Both the position numbers and the translations under genes were made by a program. From an uncultured Dehalococcoidia bacterium (GTDB taxonomy: Bacteria; Chloroflexota; Dehalococcoidia; Lucifugimonadales; UBA3495): a stretch of 64,000 bases of DNA. Position 1 is the stretch's first letter; every line of letters begins with the position of its first letter. The notes beneath the pieces are model-generated. The model had not been told where the DNA came from, made no database searches, and saw only the letters and a list, made by a program, of their open reading frames with translations. This document shows positions 29,304 to 39,519 of this stretch, in pieces. The stretch covers positions 1 to 64,000 of the forward strand of contig CATMOE010000006.1 of NCBI GenBank assembly GCA_950072105.1. Reading direction: 5' to 3'.

Positions 29304-30128
29304 TTACTCCGCCGCGCCGGGGTCCCACAGCCAGTAGCGGGAGATGGCCCCGGCGTCGACTCTCAAGTCGAACCCGGTAATCATTTCCGCTTCGTCGGAT
29401 GCCAGGAAGGCGGCGGCTTTGCCGTAATGTCTGGGGCTGGGCCGTTGCTGCAGCGGCAGACCCGCGTCGGCGTTGGGCAGCATCCCCCGCCGTCTTTCGC
29501 CCAGACGGGGGCCGGGCCACTGCACACCCCACCGGGCCGCCCGCTCCGCGCCCTCCGCCGGGTCGGTGGCAGTCGGGGTCAAACTGTTGACCCGTATTCC
29601 GAACTCGGCCAGCTCCATCGCCACCGACCGGGTGAAGTTCAGCAACCCGCCCTTGCCGGTGCCGTAGCCAACGTTCCCCGGCTCCCCTTGATGTCCCGCC
29701 GAGGAGATTATGTTAATCATATTGCCTTGCCGCCCCTGGTCTATCATCGATTGGGCCACGTGCTTGGTGAAGAGAAACGCCCCGGTGAGGATAACGTCCA
29801 ACTGGCTTCTCCACTCGTCTAATGGCATCTGTAGGACACCCTTACGGTTGAAAATGACCGGGCCGTTGACCAGGATATCTACCCCACCGAAAGCATCCAC
29901 GGCGCGGCTCACGGTGGCTTTCACCTGGTCTTCATCGGTGACGTCGCAAACCACCCCGATGGCCTCCCCCCCTCGCTCAACGATCGAACTTGCGCACCCA
30001 TTGGCGTAGGAGGGGTTCAGGTCCACGCAGACGATCTTGGCCCCCTCGTCAGCCAGACCCTCGGCGACGCCGCCGCAGATGTTGGGGCTGGTCCCGGTGA
30101 CCAAAGCGACCTTCCCTTCGAGTTTCAT
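29304..30128 (-). CDS. Short-chain dehydrogenase/reductase (candidate dihydrodiol dehydrogenase)
   Basis: KVALVTG, DILVN, YGTGK and GIRVNS motifs; divergent from the Rieske operon. Confidence 0.85.
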   Translation of the reverse strand: MKLEGKVALVTGTSPNICGGVAEGLADEGAKIVCVDLNPSYANGCASSIVERGGEAIGVVCDVTDEDQVKATVSRAVDAFGGVDILVNGPVIFNRKGVLQMPLDEWRSQLDVILTGAFLFTKHVAQSMIDQGRQGNMINIISSAGHQGEPGNVGYGTGKGGLLNFTRSVAMELAEFGIRVNSLTPTATDPAEGAERAARWGVQWPGPRLGERRRGMLPNADAGLPLQQRPSPRHYGKAAAFLASDEAEMITGFDLRVDAGAISRYWLWDPGAAE

Positions 30129-30295
30129 CGGAGATCCTCCTATATTGTCCAGGCAAAAATGCCCGGCTCGAGGCGGCAAAGTTGGTTGTTGGGGGCGATT
30201 GTAGTGGGGCCTACAAGATGGGTCAACCAGCTTTCCGAAGACTGGCTTTCTTCGGCCCAAACATTGTTCGTCGTCGAGGCCGTGGCAATCATTTC

Positions 30296-30324
30296 TTGAC
30301 AGCCCATATCTCTAAAGCTAGACT
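30296..30324 (+). promoter_or_regulatory. Sigma70-type promoter of the dioxygenase operon
   Basis: TTGACA-17bp-TAGACT. Confidence 0.6.
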
Positions 30325-30401
30325 CCCACTCAACAGGGAATCGGCCTGCCACAACCGACGCTATGCACTGCGGCACATCCTCTCTTCCCGAGGTGAAGTT
30401 C

Positions 30402-31709
30402 ATGGCTACGACAGCTAGTTCGGGTGGGGTCAAGCTACTGGTAGACGCGAAAGCCGGGCGAATCAGCCGGGAGCTTTTCGTCAATGAGGACATCTACCAA
30501 CAAGAACAAGAGCAAATCTTTGCCCGGTCTTGGCTATTAGTCGGCCACGAGAGCCAGGTCCCCAAGCCTGGCGACTACTTCGTTTCCTGCATGGGCGAAG
30601 AGTCGGTGATTCTTTGCCGGGACCGGGAGAGCCAACTCCACGTATTCTTGAACTCCTGCATGCACCGGGGCATGAAGGTGTGCCGCTACGACGAAGGCAA
30701 CACGCCGGTGTTCACCTGTCCCTACCACGGCTGGAGCTACGCCACCGACGGCAAGCTAGTGGGGGTTCCCTTCTATAAAGACGCTTATCATGAAAAGCTG
30801 GACAAGTCTCAGTGGGGGCTGGTAGAAGTTCCCCAAATGTGCAACTACAAAGGGTCCGTCTGGGCAACCTGGGACAAATCGGCCACGTCTTTTCTGGACT
30901 ACCTTGGCGAGATGCGGCTCTATCTGGACTTGTTATTGGATGGACGCGACGGTAGCGAGGGCGGCTCGGAAGTCATCGGCGGAGTCCAGAAGTGGACCAT
31001 GCCCTGCAACTGGAAATTCCCGGCGGAGAATTTCGCCGGCGACGGCTACCACAACATCAGCCATCGGTCCGTCGACATGGTGGGTATAGGCCCCAGTGGC
31101 ACGTCGCGCCGGGATCTCGGCGAGCTCGCCTCCGCCCGGCGGGTGAACGCCTCTTTTCCCGATATGGGACACGCCGCGGTATGCGACCTACAGGCTGAAG
31201 ACGCTACCTACGTGCCCACATATCAAAACGACCCGGCGGTTGAAGAATACTTCAAACATATTTCCGAGGAGCGAAAGCGGCGGCTTGGCGACAAGGCGCG
31301 TCTTTTGGGATTGGTGGGGACCGTGTTCCCGAACATGTCTTATCTGGCTCGTCAGCCTCGTTCCATCTCCGTATGGCATCCCCGGGGACCCCACACGACC
31401 GAAGCGTGGCGCTGGTTCCTGGTTGACCGGGACGTGCCGGAAGAGGTCAAAGACATGCTGCGCCACTACTTCATCCGCTACTCCGGACCGGCGGGCATGA
31501 CCGAACAAGACGACATGGAAAACTGGAACTACGCCCACTCCGCCAGCCGTGGCCCCATCGCCCGCCGCCATCCTTATAACTACGAACTCGGCATCGGAGC
31601 CAGCAGCCCGGACGTTCCTCTGCCGGGAATGCTGACCGAACGGATCAACGAGGAAAATGCCCGGGGCTTTTACAGCGGTTGGTCGCGGGCGATGGAAGCG
31701 GAAAATTAA
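30402..31709 (+). CDS. Ring-hydroxylating dioxygenase alpha subunit (HcaE/BphA-like)
   Basis: Rieske CMH...CPYH, NWKFPAENF-DGYH-SH and EQDDMENW motifs. Confidence 0.95.
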   Translation: MATTASSGGVKLLVDAKAGRISRELFVNEDIYQQEQEQIFARSWLLVGHESQVPKPGDYFVSCMGEESVILCRDRESQLHVFLNSCMHRGMKVCRYDEGNTPVFTCPYHGWSYATDGKLVGVPFYKDAYHEKLDKSQWGLVEVPQMCNYKGSVWATWDKSATSFLDYLGEMRLYLDLLLDGRDGSEGGSEVIGGVQKWTMPCNWKFPAENFAGDGYHNISHRSVDMVGIGPSGTSRRDLGELASARRVNASFPDMGHAAVCDLQAEDATYVPTYQNDPAVEEYFKHISEERKRRLGDKARLLGLVGTVFPNMSYLARQPRSISVWHPRGPHTTEAWRWFLVDRDVPEEVKDMLRHYFIRYSGPAGMTEQDDMENWNYAHSASRGPIARRHPYNYELGIGASSPDVPLPGMLTERINEENARGFYSGWSRAMEAEN

Positions 31710-31780
31710 GATGAAATAATCTCCGATAGGCACGGAGACGGCCTGACATTCGTAACAAGCCCAAGGTCAAGGAGGACATC

Positions 31781-32671
31781 ATGACAGGAGTTACTCAGCT
31801 GGGATATCTGGGCATCGGAGTTCGCGATGTTGATGAGTGGGAGCGCTTCGCCACCGGTGTCCTGGGGCTACAAGCTAACGGCCGGGGCAGCGACGGGTCC
31901 CTTTTCCTCAGGATGGACGAGTACCACCATCGATTCGTGATACAGCCCAACGGCAACGACGACGTGGCTTACATAGGCTGGCAAGCAACCAACGAAGGTT
32001 CGATGCAAGAGATCGCCGAGCGGCTGAAAGCCGCTGGTGTGGAAGTGCACCAGGGAACGTCTTCGGAAGCGGAGGACCGCCGGGTGGAGGGACTTATCAC
32101 CTTTCCCGACCCCAACGGGATTCCCACCGAAGTGTACTTCGGGCCTCCAATATCCTTCGATGACCCGTTCAACTCGCCTCGGCCCATCTCCAATTTCGTA
32201 ACGGGCGATCAGGGTCTGGGCCACGCTGTACTGTACGTGGACGACGCGGACCAAAGCGTACGCTTCTACCGGGACTTGCTGGGTTTGCGAGTCAGCGACT
32301 ACATCCGAAGCATGACCTTCTTTCACTGTAACCCGCGCCACCACTCTCTGGCCTTGATGGAAAGCAAATCGGCCAAGCGCCTTAACCACTTTATGCTGCA
32401 AGTGGAATCGATCAACGACGTTGGGGCCACCCACGATCTATGCCAAGACCAAGGCGTCCCTATCGTTCGGGGAATGGGGCGGCACACCAACGATCACATG
32501 GTGTCTTTCTACTTACGGACGCCTTCTGGATTCGACGTTGAGTACGGCTGGGGCGCCCGGGAAGTAGACGACACCACCTGGCAAGTGGTGCGGCACGAGA
32601 AGGGAAGCATCTGGGGCCACCGCCCCCCGGCGCCGCGTCCAACCCAGGAGCCAACAGCCGCCCGAAGCTAG
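31781..32671 (+). CDS. VOC-type extradiol dioxygenase (BphC/HsaC-like)
   Basis: LGYLG, RMDEYHHR, GLGH, HCNPRHHS, HTND and SFY..TPSGF.VEYG motifs. Confidence 0.93.
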   Translation: MTGVTQLGYLGIGVRDVDEWERFATGVLGLQANGRGSDGSLFLRMDEYHHRFVIQPNGNDDVAYIGWQATNEGSMQEIAERLKAAGVEVHQGTSSEAEDRRVEGLITFPDPNGIPTEVYFGPPISFDDPFNSPRPISNFVTGDQGLGHAVLYVDDADQSVRFYRDLLGLRVSDYIRSMTFFHCNPRHHSLALMESKSAKRLNHFMLQVESINDVGATHDLCQDQGVPIVRGMGRHTNDHMVSFYLRTPSGFDVEYGWGAREVDDTTWQVVRHEKGSIWGHRPPAPRPTQEPTAARS

Positions 32672-32738
32672 ATTAAACTGAGATTAGTCCGGCAGATGCT
32701 GGCGCGCCGGTCACCAGTAGCGCGGAGGAATAAAGGCG

Positions 32739-33659
32739 ATGAAACTAGGATTTATCGGCACCGGCACCATGGGTAACCCAATGGTCTGCTGCCTCATCGA
32801 CGCGGGTCATCAGTTGACCGTCCATGACGTCCGGCGGGAAGCCACCACCAACCTCTGCGAGATGGGGGCCACCTGGGCTGAAAACGCCCGGGAGGTCGCC
32901 GCGGCCAGCGAAGCGGTTTTTACCTCGCTGCCCGGCCCTACCGAGATGGAATTCACCGTCTTGGACCCGGACAACGGTATCCTGGCCGGATTGCCCACCG
33001 GCGGCGCGTACATCGACATGACCACCAACTCGCCAACGGTTTTTCGCCGCGTTGCCGAGGCTTGTTTGAGCCGGGGCATAGAGGTGCTGGACGCTCCGGT
33101 AAGCGGACGCCCGCCCAGGATGACCGTCATGGCCGGGGGCGACGCCGCGACCTTCGCCAAGTATCGTCCGATCTTTGAAAGCATGGCCGGGAACATCTTC
33201 CACATGGGCGGCATCGGCGCCGGGTGCGCCACCAAACTGGTTACCCAATACCTGGGCTACTCCAACTTCATCACCGCATTGGAAGGGCTGCTGATCGGAG
33301 TCAAGGCCGGGGTCGATGTGGGGCTTCTGGCCCAGGTCGTTCCGGTCAGCGCCGGAGCCAGCCGGGTTTTCGACAATATACCTCGTGCGGTCTTAAGCGG
33401 CGAGTTTACTTCGGGTGGTTCCCTGGACATCGTGGCCAAAGACCTGAGGCTGGCCTGCGAGTTGGCCCGGGAGGTGCAGGCTCCGGCGAGGATAGGAATC
33501 ATCGCCGACGACGCGTTCCACCGGGCCCAGGTCCTTGGGTGGGGCCAAGACGGATATCCTAAGGTAGCCAAAATCTTGGAAGAGATGGCCGGGGCGGTAT
33601 TGCGCGGCGAAGCGGCCGACGCGCCGGATTTCCAGCAAGTTGACCCCAGGCGAGACTAG
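32739..33659 (+). CDS. 3-hydroxyisobutyrate dehydrogenase family oxidoreductase
   Basis: GFIGTGTMG, DAPVSG, catalytic Lys (TKLVTQ) and KDL motifs. Confidence 0.9.
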   Translation: MKLGFIGTGTMGNPMVCCLIDAGHQLTVHDVRREATTNLCEMGATWAENAREVAAASEAVFTSLPGPTEMEFTVLDPDNGILAGLPTGGAYIDMTTNSPTVFRRVAEACLSRGIEVLDAPVSGRPPRMTVMAGGDAATFAKYRPIFESMAGNIFHMGGIGAGCATKLVTQYLGYSNFITALEGLLIGVKAGVDVGLLAQVVPVSAGASRVFDNIPRAVLSGEFTSGGSLDIVAKDLRLACELAREVQAPARIGIIADDAFHRAQVLGWGQDGYPKVAKILEEMAGAVLRGEAADAPDFQQVDPRRD

Positions 33660-33694
33660 AACCTAGGGGGCGAATAAAATCCTGGGCACTGCTA

Positions 33695-33777
33695 CACCCC
33701 CACTCTAACTTTCCCCCAAAACGGGGGAGAGGACAGATCCCATCGCCCTTTGTGGGGGAAGGTTAGGATGGGGGGTG
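33695..33777. repeat. Inverted pair of REP-like palindromic elements; related copies at ~35936, 38421, 44430, 46302, 52157 and 55176
   Basis: Unit CCCC-A-YYCTAACYTTCCCCC...GGGGGA(A)G recurs in intergenic spaces. Confidence 0.7.
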
Positions 33778-33947
33778 CCAGATCACCCATCAAGAACATC
33801 CGGAAATGAGCAGAGTCTTCGCCGCCAACCCACCGCATATGGCACCACCAAACCCTCAAGATCAAACACCTGGCCATAGCTGACAATTGACCGCCGTTGT
33901 CCCATAATAACCAGCATCGGGAACACGGCCACAGGAGGCCAACAGAT

Positions 33948-34493
33948 ATGGCCGTTTCGGAAAGCAGGATAGATCACCTGCTCCTCAAAGATGAGATTGA
34001 GCAATTCCTCTACCAAGAAGCGGAACTCTTGGACGAGAGGCAATTCGAGGATTGGCTGGACCTCCTCACCGAAGACATCCGCTACTGGATGCCGATGCGC
34101 CGTAACGTCAAGTTTGGCGAACTGGATCGGGAGTTCACCCGCGAGGGCCAGGATATCAACTGGTTCGACGAGGGGAAGGACACGTTGGTCCGCCGAGTGA
34201 ATCAGATACTCACCGGCGTCCACTGGGCCGAAGAGCCCTTGTCCCGTATCTGCCATTCGGTTTCCAACGTGCAGGTCCTGAAAGCCACCCCGTCTGTTTC
34301 CCAAGCAACAGAGGTCAATGTGAAATGCCGGTTCATGATCTACCGGAACCGGGTGCAGACCGAAACGGACTTCCTGGTGGGCAAACGCGAGGAAGTCCTA
34401 CGCAGCGTTGACGGCCAGTGGAAGATTGCCCAGCGGAAGATCATCCTGGATCAGAACGTGTTGCTGGCCAAGAACTTGACGTTTTTCTTCTAA
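33948..34493 (+). CDS. Ring-hydroxylating dioxygenase beta subunit
   Basis: QFLYQEAELLD, RYWMP, WAEEPLSR and LLAKNLTFFF motifs. Confidence 0.95.
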   Translation: MAVSESRIDHLLLKDEIEQFLYQEAELLDERQFEDWLDLLTEDIRYWMPMRRNVKFGELDREFTREGQDINWFDEGKDTLVRRVNQILTGVHWAEEPLSRICHSVSNVQVLKATPSVSQATEVNVKCRFMIYRNRVQTETDFLVGKREEVLRSVDGQWKIAQRKIILDQNVLLAKNLTFFF

Positions 34494-34569
34494 TACCAAC
34501 GTTTCAATACCAACCGGGCTCCGGTGCGCCAAGGCCATAAGGCCGAAAAGAAACCGGGAGGCTGACAAG

Positions 34570-35928
34570 ATGGCTACGAAAACCAAGGGCCGGTTCGTCG
34601 ACGGACTTGTGGATCTGAAGGCCGGCCAGATCAGCCGGGAGATCTTCGTTAACGAGGAGATCTACGCCGAAGAGCAGGAACAGGTCTTTACCCGCGCCTG
34701 GTTGTTCATCGGCCACGAATCCCAGGTTCCCAAGCCCGGAGACTACTTCGTCTCCTGCATGGGAGAAGAGTCGGTCATTCTCTGCCGGGGCCGGGATGGG
34801 GCTCTGCATGTCTTCCTGAACTCTTGCAGGCACCGGGGCATGAAGGTGTGCCGCTACGACGAAGGCAACACCCCCGTATTCACCTGCCCCTACCACGGCT
34901 GGAGCTACGCCACCGACGGCAAGCTGGTGGGTGTTCCCTTCTTCAAAGACGCTTACCATGAAAAGCTGGACAAATCCAAGTGGGGCCTGGTTGAAGTAGC
35001 TCAGATGGAGGTCTACAAAGGCTCGATCTGGGCTACCTGGGACCCGTCGGCGCCCCCTTTCACCGAATATCTGGGTGACTTTAAGATGTTCTTCGACCTG
35101 TCCCTTGAGGCCTGGAATGGGACCGATGAGCCATTGGAGGTCATCGGCGGGGTCCAGAAATGGCTCATCCCCTGCAACTGGAAGTTCCCGGCGGAGAATT
35201 TCAGCGGAGATAGCTACCACAACATCAGCCACCGATCAGCCGACATGGTGGGAATCGGGCCCAGCGGCACCGGTCGCAGGGATACCCAAGAGCGAGCCGA
35301 CTCCCACCGCCTGCAAGTCTCCTTCCCCGACCGGGGACACCAGACAGGGATCTACGTTCTGCCCGGCGGCTCTCCCACCGCGGCTTCGTATCAACAATCT
35401 CCTGAGGTCGCCGATTATTTCCGCGAGGCGGAGGAGAAACGGAGGGCCATTAAAGGCGAGTGGGGCCGGGTTACCGGCAGTCCCGGGGAGATATTCCCCA
35501 ACACCGCCCTGCATCCGAGGCAACCCCGGTCCATCGCCGTCTGGCACCCCAGGGGCGCCCACCAAACAGAAGTGTGGCGCTGGTACTTCGTGGACGCAGG
35601 CGCTCCCTATGCGGTCAAAGACTTCTTGCGCCAGTACTACATCCGGTATTCAGGGCCGGGAGGTCTTACGGAACAGGACGACATGGAGAACTGGAACTAC
35701 GCCCATTCCGCCAGCAGGGGAACCATCGCCAGGCGGCACCCTTACAGCTACGAGCAGGGCATGGGGTCCGAGCAGACCAATTTTGAGTTAGACGGACTCA
35801 AGATTCCCGGCACCGTAATGGACCTAACTGAGGCCAGATCCAGCGAGCAAAATCTACGAAATTTCTACAAGAGATGGGCCGAGTTCATGGACGCTCCCAA
35901 CTGGAACGAACTAGCCGGCTGGAGATAG
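34570..35928 (+). CDS. Ring-hydroxylating dioxygenase alpha subunit (second paralog)
   Basis: CRH...CPYH, NWKFPAENF-DSYH-SH and EQDDMENW motifs. Confidence 0.95.
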   Translation: MATKTKGRFVDGLVDLKAGQISREIFVNEEIYAEEQEQVFTRAWLFIGHESQVPKPGDYFVSCMGEESVILCRGRDGALHVFLNSCRHRGMKVCRYDEGNTPVFTCPYHGWSYATDGKLVGVPFFKDAYHEKLDKSKWGLVEVAQMEVYKGSIWATWDPSAPPFTEYLGDFKMFFDLSLEAWNGTDEPLEVIGGVQKWLIPCNWKFPAENFSGDSYHNISHRSADMVGIGPSGTGRRDTQERADSHRLQVSFPDRGHQTGIYVLPGGSPTAASYQQSPEVADYFREAEEKRRAIKGEWGRVTGSPGEIFPNTALHPRQPRSIAVWHPRGAHQTEVWRWYFVDAGAPYAVKDFLRQYYIRYSGPGGLTEQDDMENWNYAHSASRGTIARRHPYSYEQGMGSEQTNFELDGLKIPGTVMDLTEARSSEQNLRNFYKRWAEFMDAPNWNELAGWR

Positions 35929-36025
35929 AGGTCCGTTCTCTCCCCCTTCGTCGGGGAGAGAGTTAGAGAGGGGGGCGCCCCCGCTGATCCACGCGAATCC
36001 CATCACTTGGGGCAGAGAGGCAAAC

Positions 36026-36238
36026 TTGGCAGAAGTAGTCAACGTGCGGCTTTTAAAGGCCGGGGACAAATTAAAGATTTCCCACGAAGCCACCGTCGTG
36101 GTGGTTTCCAACCCAATGGACGGCGTCTGGATCTTCGCCCGTTACCTCTCCTCGCTCGAAGACCCTTCCCTGGAGGGCACGGAAGACATGATATTTGCTC
36201 AAGATATCAAAGAGGTCCTAGAAATATCGGGGAACTGA
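36026..36238 (+). CDS. Small hypothetical protein (beta-rich, possibly SH3-like)
   Basis: GAGG RBS, TTG start, 70 aa. Confidence 0.6.
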   Translation: MAEVVNVRLLKAGDKLKISHEATVVVVSNPMDGVWIFARYLSSLEDPSLEGTEDMIFAQDIKEVLEISGN

Positions 36239-36242
36239 TGCG

Positions 36243-36318
36243 GGGTGTCTTTCGACAGGCTCAGGACGAACGGAAAACGGATCCTTACCGTTCGTATTAA
36301 GCCTGTCGAAGGGCATCC
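36243..36318. repeat. Palindromic intergenic repeat (TTCGACAGGCTCAGGACGAACGG family)
   Basis: Long imperfect hairpin; second copy at 42219..42280. Confidence 0.75.
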
Positions 36319-36332
36319 TTTCTGGATGTTGA

Positions 36333-36560
36333 ATGTCCTTCGATCAAAACGGTAAACCCACGCTGACACCAACCCAAGACGTGCTCCGGGCGGCCTTTAC
36401 CGCGGGGTTCCAGTCCATCGACGACGGGTATACCTTTTACGCAGGCTTCGATTCCCACCTAGAAAGCAACGGCTACGCCAAGCGGGAAGATATCCCGTGC
36501 ACTTGTCCCGACCATGGAGGGCACGGCCATATGCCCGAGTGCCGTTGGGTCAAGGCGTAG
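36333..36560 (+). CDS. Small hypothetical protein with Cys/His cluster
   Basis: C-terminal CTCPDHGGHGHMPEC; coding-like composition. Confidence 0.6.
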   Translation: MSFDQNGKPTLTPTQDVLRAAFTAGFQSIDDGYTFYAGFDSHLESNGYAKREDIPCTCPDHGGHGHMPECRWVKA

Positions 36561-36652
36561 AGGTTCAGGCGTCCCCGCCATCGCATCCCCTCGTTATCGT
36601 ATAATGTGCCCCAAACCCGCCCCAATCACGACACAGTTCCCAGGAGGCAACA

Positions 36653-38353
36653 ATGGCTAGAGAACTCGTGGACGGTGGAGAAGCCGTCTTAGAGGCGTTC
36701 CGGAATCTGGACATCGACTATATAATCGCGTCCCCCGGCTCCGATTGGCCGTCGGTATGGGAGGCCCTCGCCCGGCAGAAGATAAACGAGTCCGACGGAC
36801 CCCGTTACATCGACACCTGGCATGAGACCCTAGCCGTGACCATGGCCATGGGCTATACCCGGGTGACCGGCAAGTTGCAGGCGGTTCTGTTGCACGCCGG
36901 AGTGGGACTGCTGCAGGGCTCCCTGGGCATTCACGGCGCCTACCAAGGCGAGGTGCCCATGCTGATCTGCTCCGGTGAATCAATCACCAATGGTGAGGAC
37001 CCCGATTTCGATCCCGGCGGCCAGTGGTACCGGGGGCTGAACGTGGTTGGCGGAGCAGACCGGTGGGTTGAACCTTTCACCAAGTGGAGCAGCCACGTAT
37101 CGACTCACTTTAATCTCTACGAGTCGATAACCAGGGCCGGCGAGATGGCCCAGCGGCTGCCCAAAGGCCCAACATTCCTGGACATCCCCATGGAAGTCAT
37201 GCTTCCCGCCTGGACTCCTCCGGCGAGAATAGGCAAGATTCCAGCGCCGCCGAAGATCCATTCCGAAGCGTCTGCCATAGATGAAGTCGCCGGATTGTTG
37301 GCCGGAGCGTCTGCCCCAGTAATCATCACCGAATCCGCCGGAAGGGACGTGGAGGCTTTCCATCAGATGGTCAGGCTCGCGGAATTGTTGTCGATACCGG
37401 TGGTGGAATCGGGTCCTGGCTACGCCAACTTCCCCAAGGACCATCCCATGTACCAGGGGACCAACGTAAACCGGTTCAAAGACACCTCCGACGTGATCCT
37501 GTTGGTGGGAAGCAAGACCCCCTGGTATCCGCCGTCCGCCGGTCCCGCCACGGGTACGGTGATCTCCATTGATGAGTATCCTCTGAAAGAGCATCTGACC
37601 TACCAAGCCCTTCATGCCAATATCTACCTGGAAGGCGACATAGGCGTAACGGTTAAGCTGCTAGCCGATGCCGTGGAGTCCAACGGCGGTCTCAACGCTG
37701 AGGCGATCTCAGCAAGAAAGACCCAATGGGAGGCCGAGCACGACAAGGCGACCGAAAGTAACCGCGCCGCCGTCGAGGCAGCCAGATCTAAAGGCCCCAT
37801 CGACCCAGTATGGTTGTGCGCCGCTATCAGCGAGGTGATGCCCGACGACGCCACCTACGTTGAGGAAACCATCACCCACCGGGGCGCCATCCTGCGGCAC
37901 ATCGCTTGGAACACTCCTCAACGCTACTTCCACCCCAATGGCGGACTGGGCCAGGGATTGGGCACGGCCCTAGGCGTCAAACTTGCCAAGCCCGACTCCC
38001 CGGTAGTCGCTCTGATGGGCGATGGCTCCTTCCTATACAACCCCGTCGTTCAGAGTTTCGGCGTATCTGCCGCGGAAAACCTGCCCATCCTGATAATAGT
38101 TTTCAACAATGGCAAGTATGCGGCGATGCAGAATCTGCACCTGCAGTTTTACCCCGAGGGGATAGCCGCCAAGACCGGCATCCATCACGGAGTGGACATC
38201 CCCGGCCCCAACTACGCCGACCTGGTGACGCCCTTCGGCGGCCACAGCGAACGGGTGGAAGACCCCAACGAACTCAAGCCTGCTCTGGAACGCGCCTTAG
38301 CTGCGGTAAATGGTGGAACCACCGCAGTCGTCAACGTGATCGTGAGCATCTAG
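36653..38353 (+). CDS. ThDP-dependent enzyme (acetolactate synthase/benzoylformate decarboxylase-like)
   Basis: PGSD, HE catalytic Glu and GDGS...NN ThDP motif. Confidence 0.92.
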   Translation: MARELVDGGEAVLEAFRNLDIDYIIASPGSDWPSVWEALARQKINESDGPRYIDTWHETLAVTMAMGYTRVTGKLQAVLLHAGVGLLQGSLGIHGAYQGEVPMLICSGESITNGEDPDFDPGGQWYRGLNVVGGADRWVEPFTKWSSHVSTHFNLYESITRAGEMAQRLPKGPTFLDIPMEVMLPAWTPPARIGKIPAPPKIHSEASAIDEVAGLLAGASAPVIITESAGRDVEAFHQMVRLAELLSIPVVESGPGYANFPKDHPMYQGTNVNRFKDTSDVILLVGSKTPWYPPSAGPATGTVISIDEYPLKEHLTYQALHANIYLEGDIGVTVKLLADAVESNGGLNAEAISARKTQWEAEHDKATESNRAAVEAARSKGPIDPVWLCAAISEVMPDDATYVEETITHRGAILRHIAWNTPQRYFHPNGGLGQGLGTALGVKLAKPDSPVVALMGDGSFLYNPVVQSFGVSAAENLPILIIVFNNGKYAAMQNLHLQFYPEGIAAKTGIHHGVDIPGPNYADLVTPFGGHSERVEDPNELKPALERALAAVNGGTTAVVNVIVSI

Positions 38354-38539
38354 GTTCAGTGCGGCCAGGGCTCTCTCGTGCGGCCTGCCCATCTCTGGAA
38401 GTGTAGTCCATGAGGTGTATCACCCCATCCTAACCTTCCCCCTTCGAGGGGGAAGGGATTTTTGGGTGCCCTTCTTCGCATCATAAACCGCGTAACGTTA
38501 TGTCAACAATGTTTATTCAACCAACAAATGAGTCCCTTC

Positions 38540-39487
38540 ATGCCAGATGACATACCCTCGGAAGCCCAGGTATTGGAGTGGATGGAGACCCTATCCAACT
38601 GGGGCCGCTGGGGCGACGACGACCAGATGGGCTGTCCGAATCTGATCACGCCAGCCAAGCGGCAACAAGCGGCCAGTCTGGTGCGGGATGGCGTTGCCGT
38701 TAGCTGTGCCCGGCCCATCGTCACCGACTTGACGCCCGACATCTCCCATCAGGTCCAGCGCTACATGGTGGACAGCGGTGAAGGACGGGATACCGACCCG
38801 GAAGAGCGCCGCTTAGTGCGCCGGGGGGCGGCCGAGTTCATCGGCATGGTATTTCACGGCCGGACCATCACTCACATCGACGCCCTATCCCACTACTCGT
38901 GGCGAGGCAAGCTGTACAACGGCAAGCCGGCCAGTCAGATAACCTCCCGGGAGGGCGCCCAGACCCACTCCATCGAGGTAGCCTCGGACGGTATCGTCAC
39001 CCGCGGTGTGCTGTTGGATATCCCGGCAGTTCGTGGCATATCCTGGGTGCCGCCGGAAGAGCCGGTGATGCCCCAGGATCTGGAGGCCGCCGAGCGGGCG
39101 CAAGGAGTGCGGGTCGAGGAAGGAGACATTCTTCTGGTGCGCACCGGCAATTACCGGAAGCGGTTAGACACGGGACCGGTACCCAACACGGAACCGTCCA
39201 CGGCCTGCCAGGTAGCCTGCACTCCCTGGTTCAAAGAGCGGGGCGTGGCCATGCTGGGCACGGACACCTCCAACGACTGCCAACCCAGCCACTACGCCAC
39301 GGTTACGGCGCCGCTGCATACGGTTTCTCTGGTGACCTTGGGCCTGTGGCTGATCGACAACGCCAACCTGGAGGAGCTAAGCCAAGCCTGCGCCCAGCGT
39401 CAGCGGTACGAGTTCATGCTGACCCTGGGGCCCTTGCGGCTGCGGATCGTCACCGGTTCCCCGGTGAATCCGATAGCCCTGTTTTAA
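38540..39487 (+). CDS. Cyclase family (kynurenine formamidase-like) metallohydrolase
   Basis: NWGRWGDDDQ.G, HGRTITHIDALSH, TRGVLLD and GSPVNPIA motifs. Confidence 0.9.
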   Translation: MPDDIPSEAQVLEWMETLSNWGRWGDDDQMGCPNLITPAKRQQAASLVRDGVAVSCARPIVTDLTPDISHQVQRYMVDSGEGRDTDPEERRLVRRGAAEFIGMVFHGRTITHIDALSHYSWRGKLYNGKPASQITSREGAQTHSIEVASDGIVTRGVLLDIPAVRGISWVPPEEPVMPQDLEAAERAQGVRVEEGDILLVRTGNYRKRLDTGPVPNTEPSTACQVACTPWFKERGVAMLGTDTSNDCQPSHYATVTAPLHTVSLVTLGLWLIDNANLEELSQACAQRQRYEFMLTLGPLRLRIVTGSPVNPIALF

Positions 39488-39519
39488 TTCCCGGCTGAGG
39501 GCACTTCCTCGGCCTTGCC

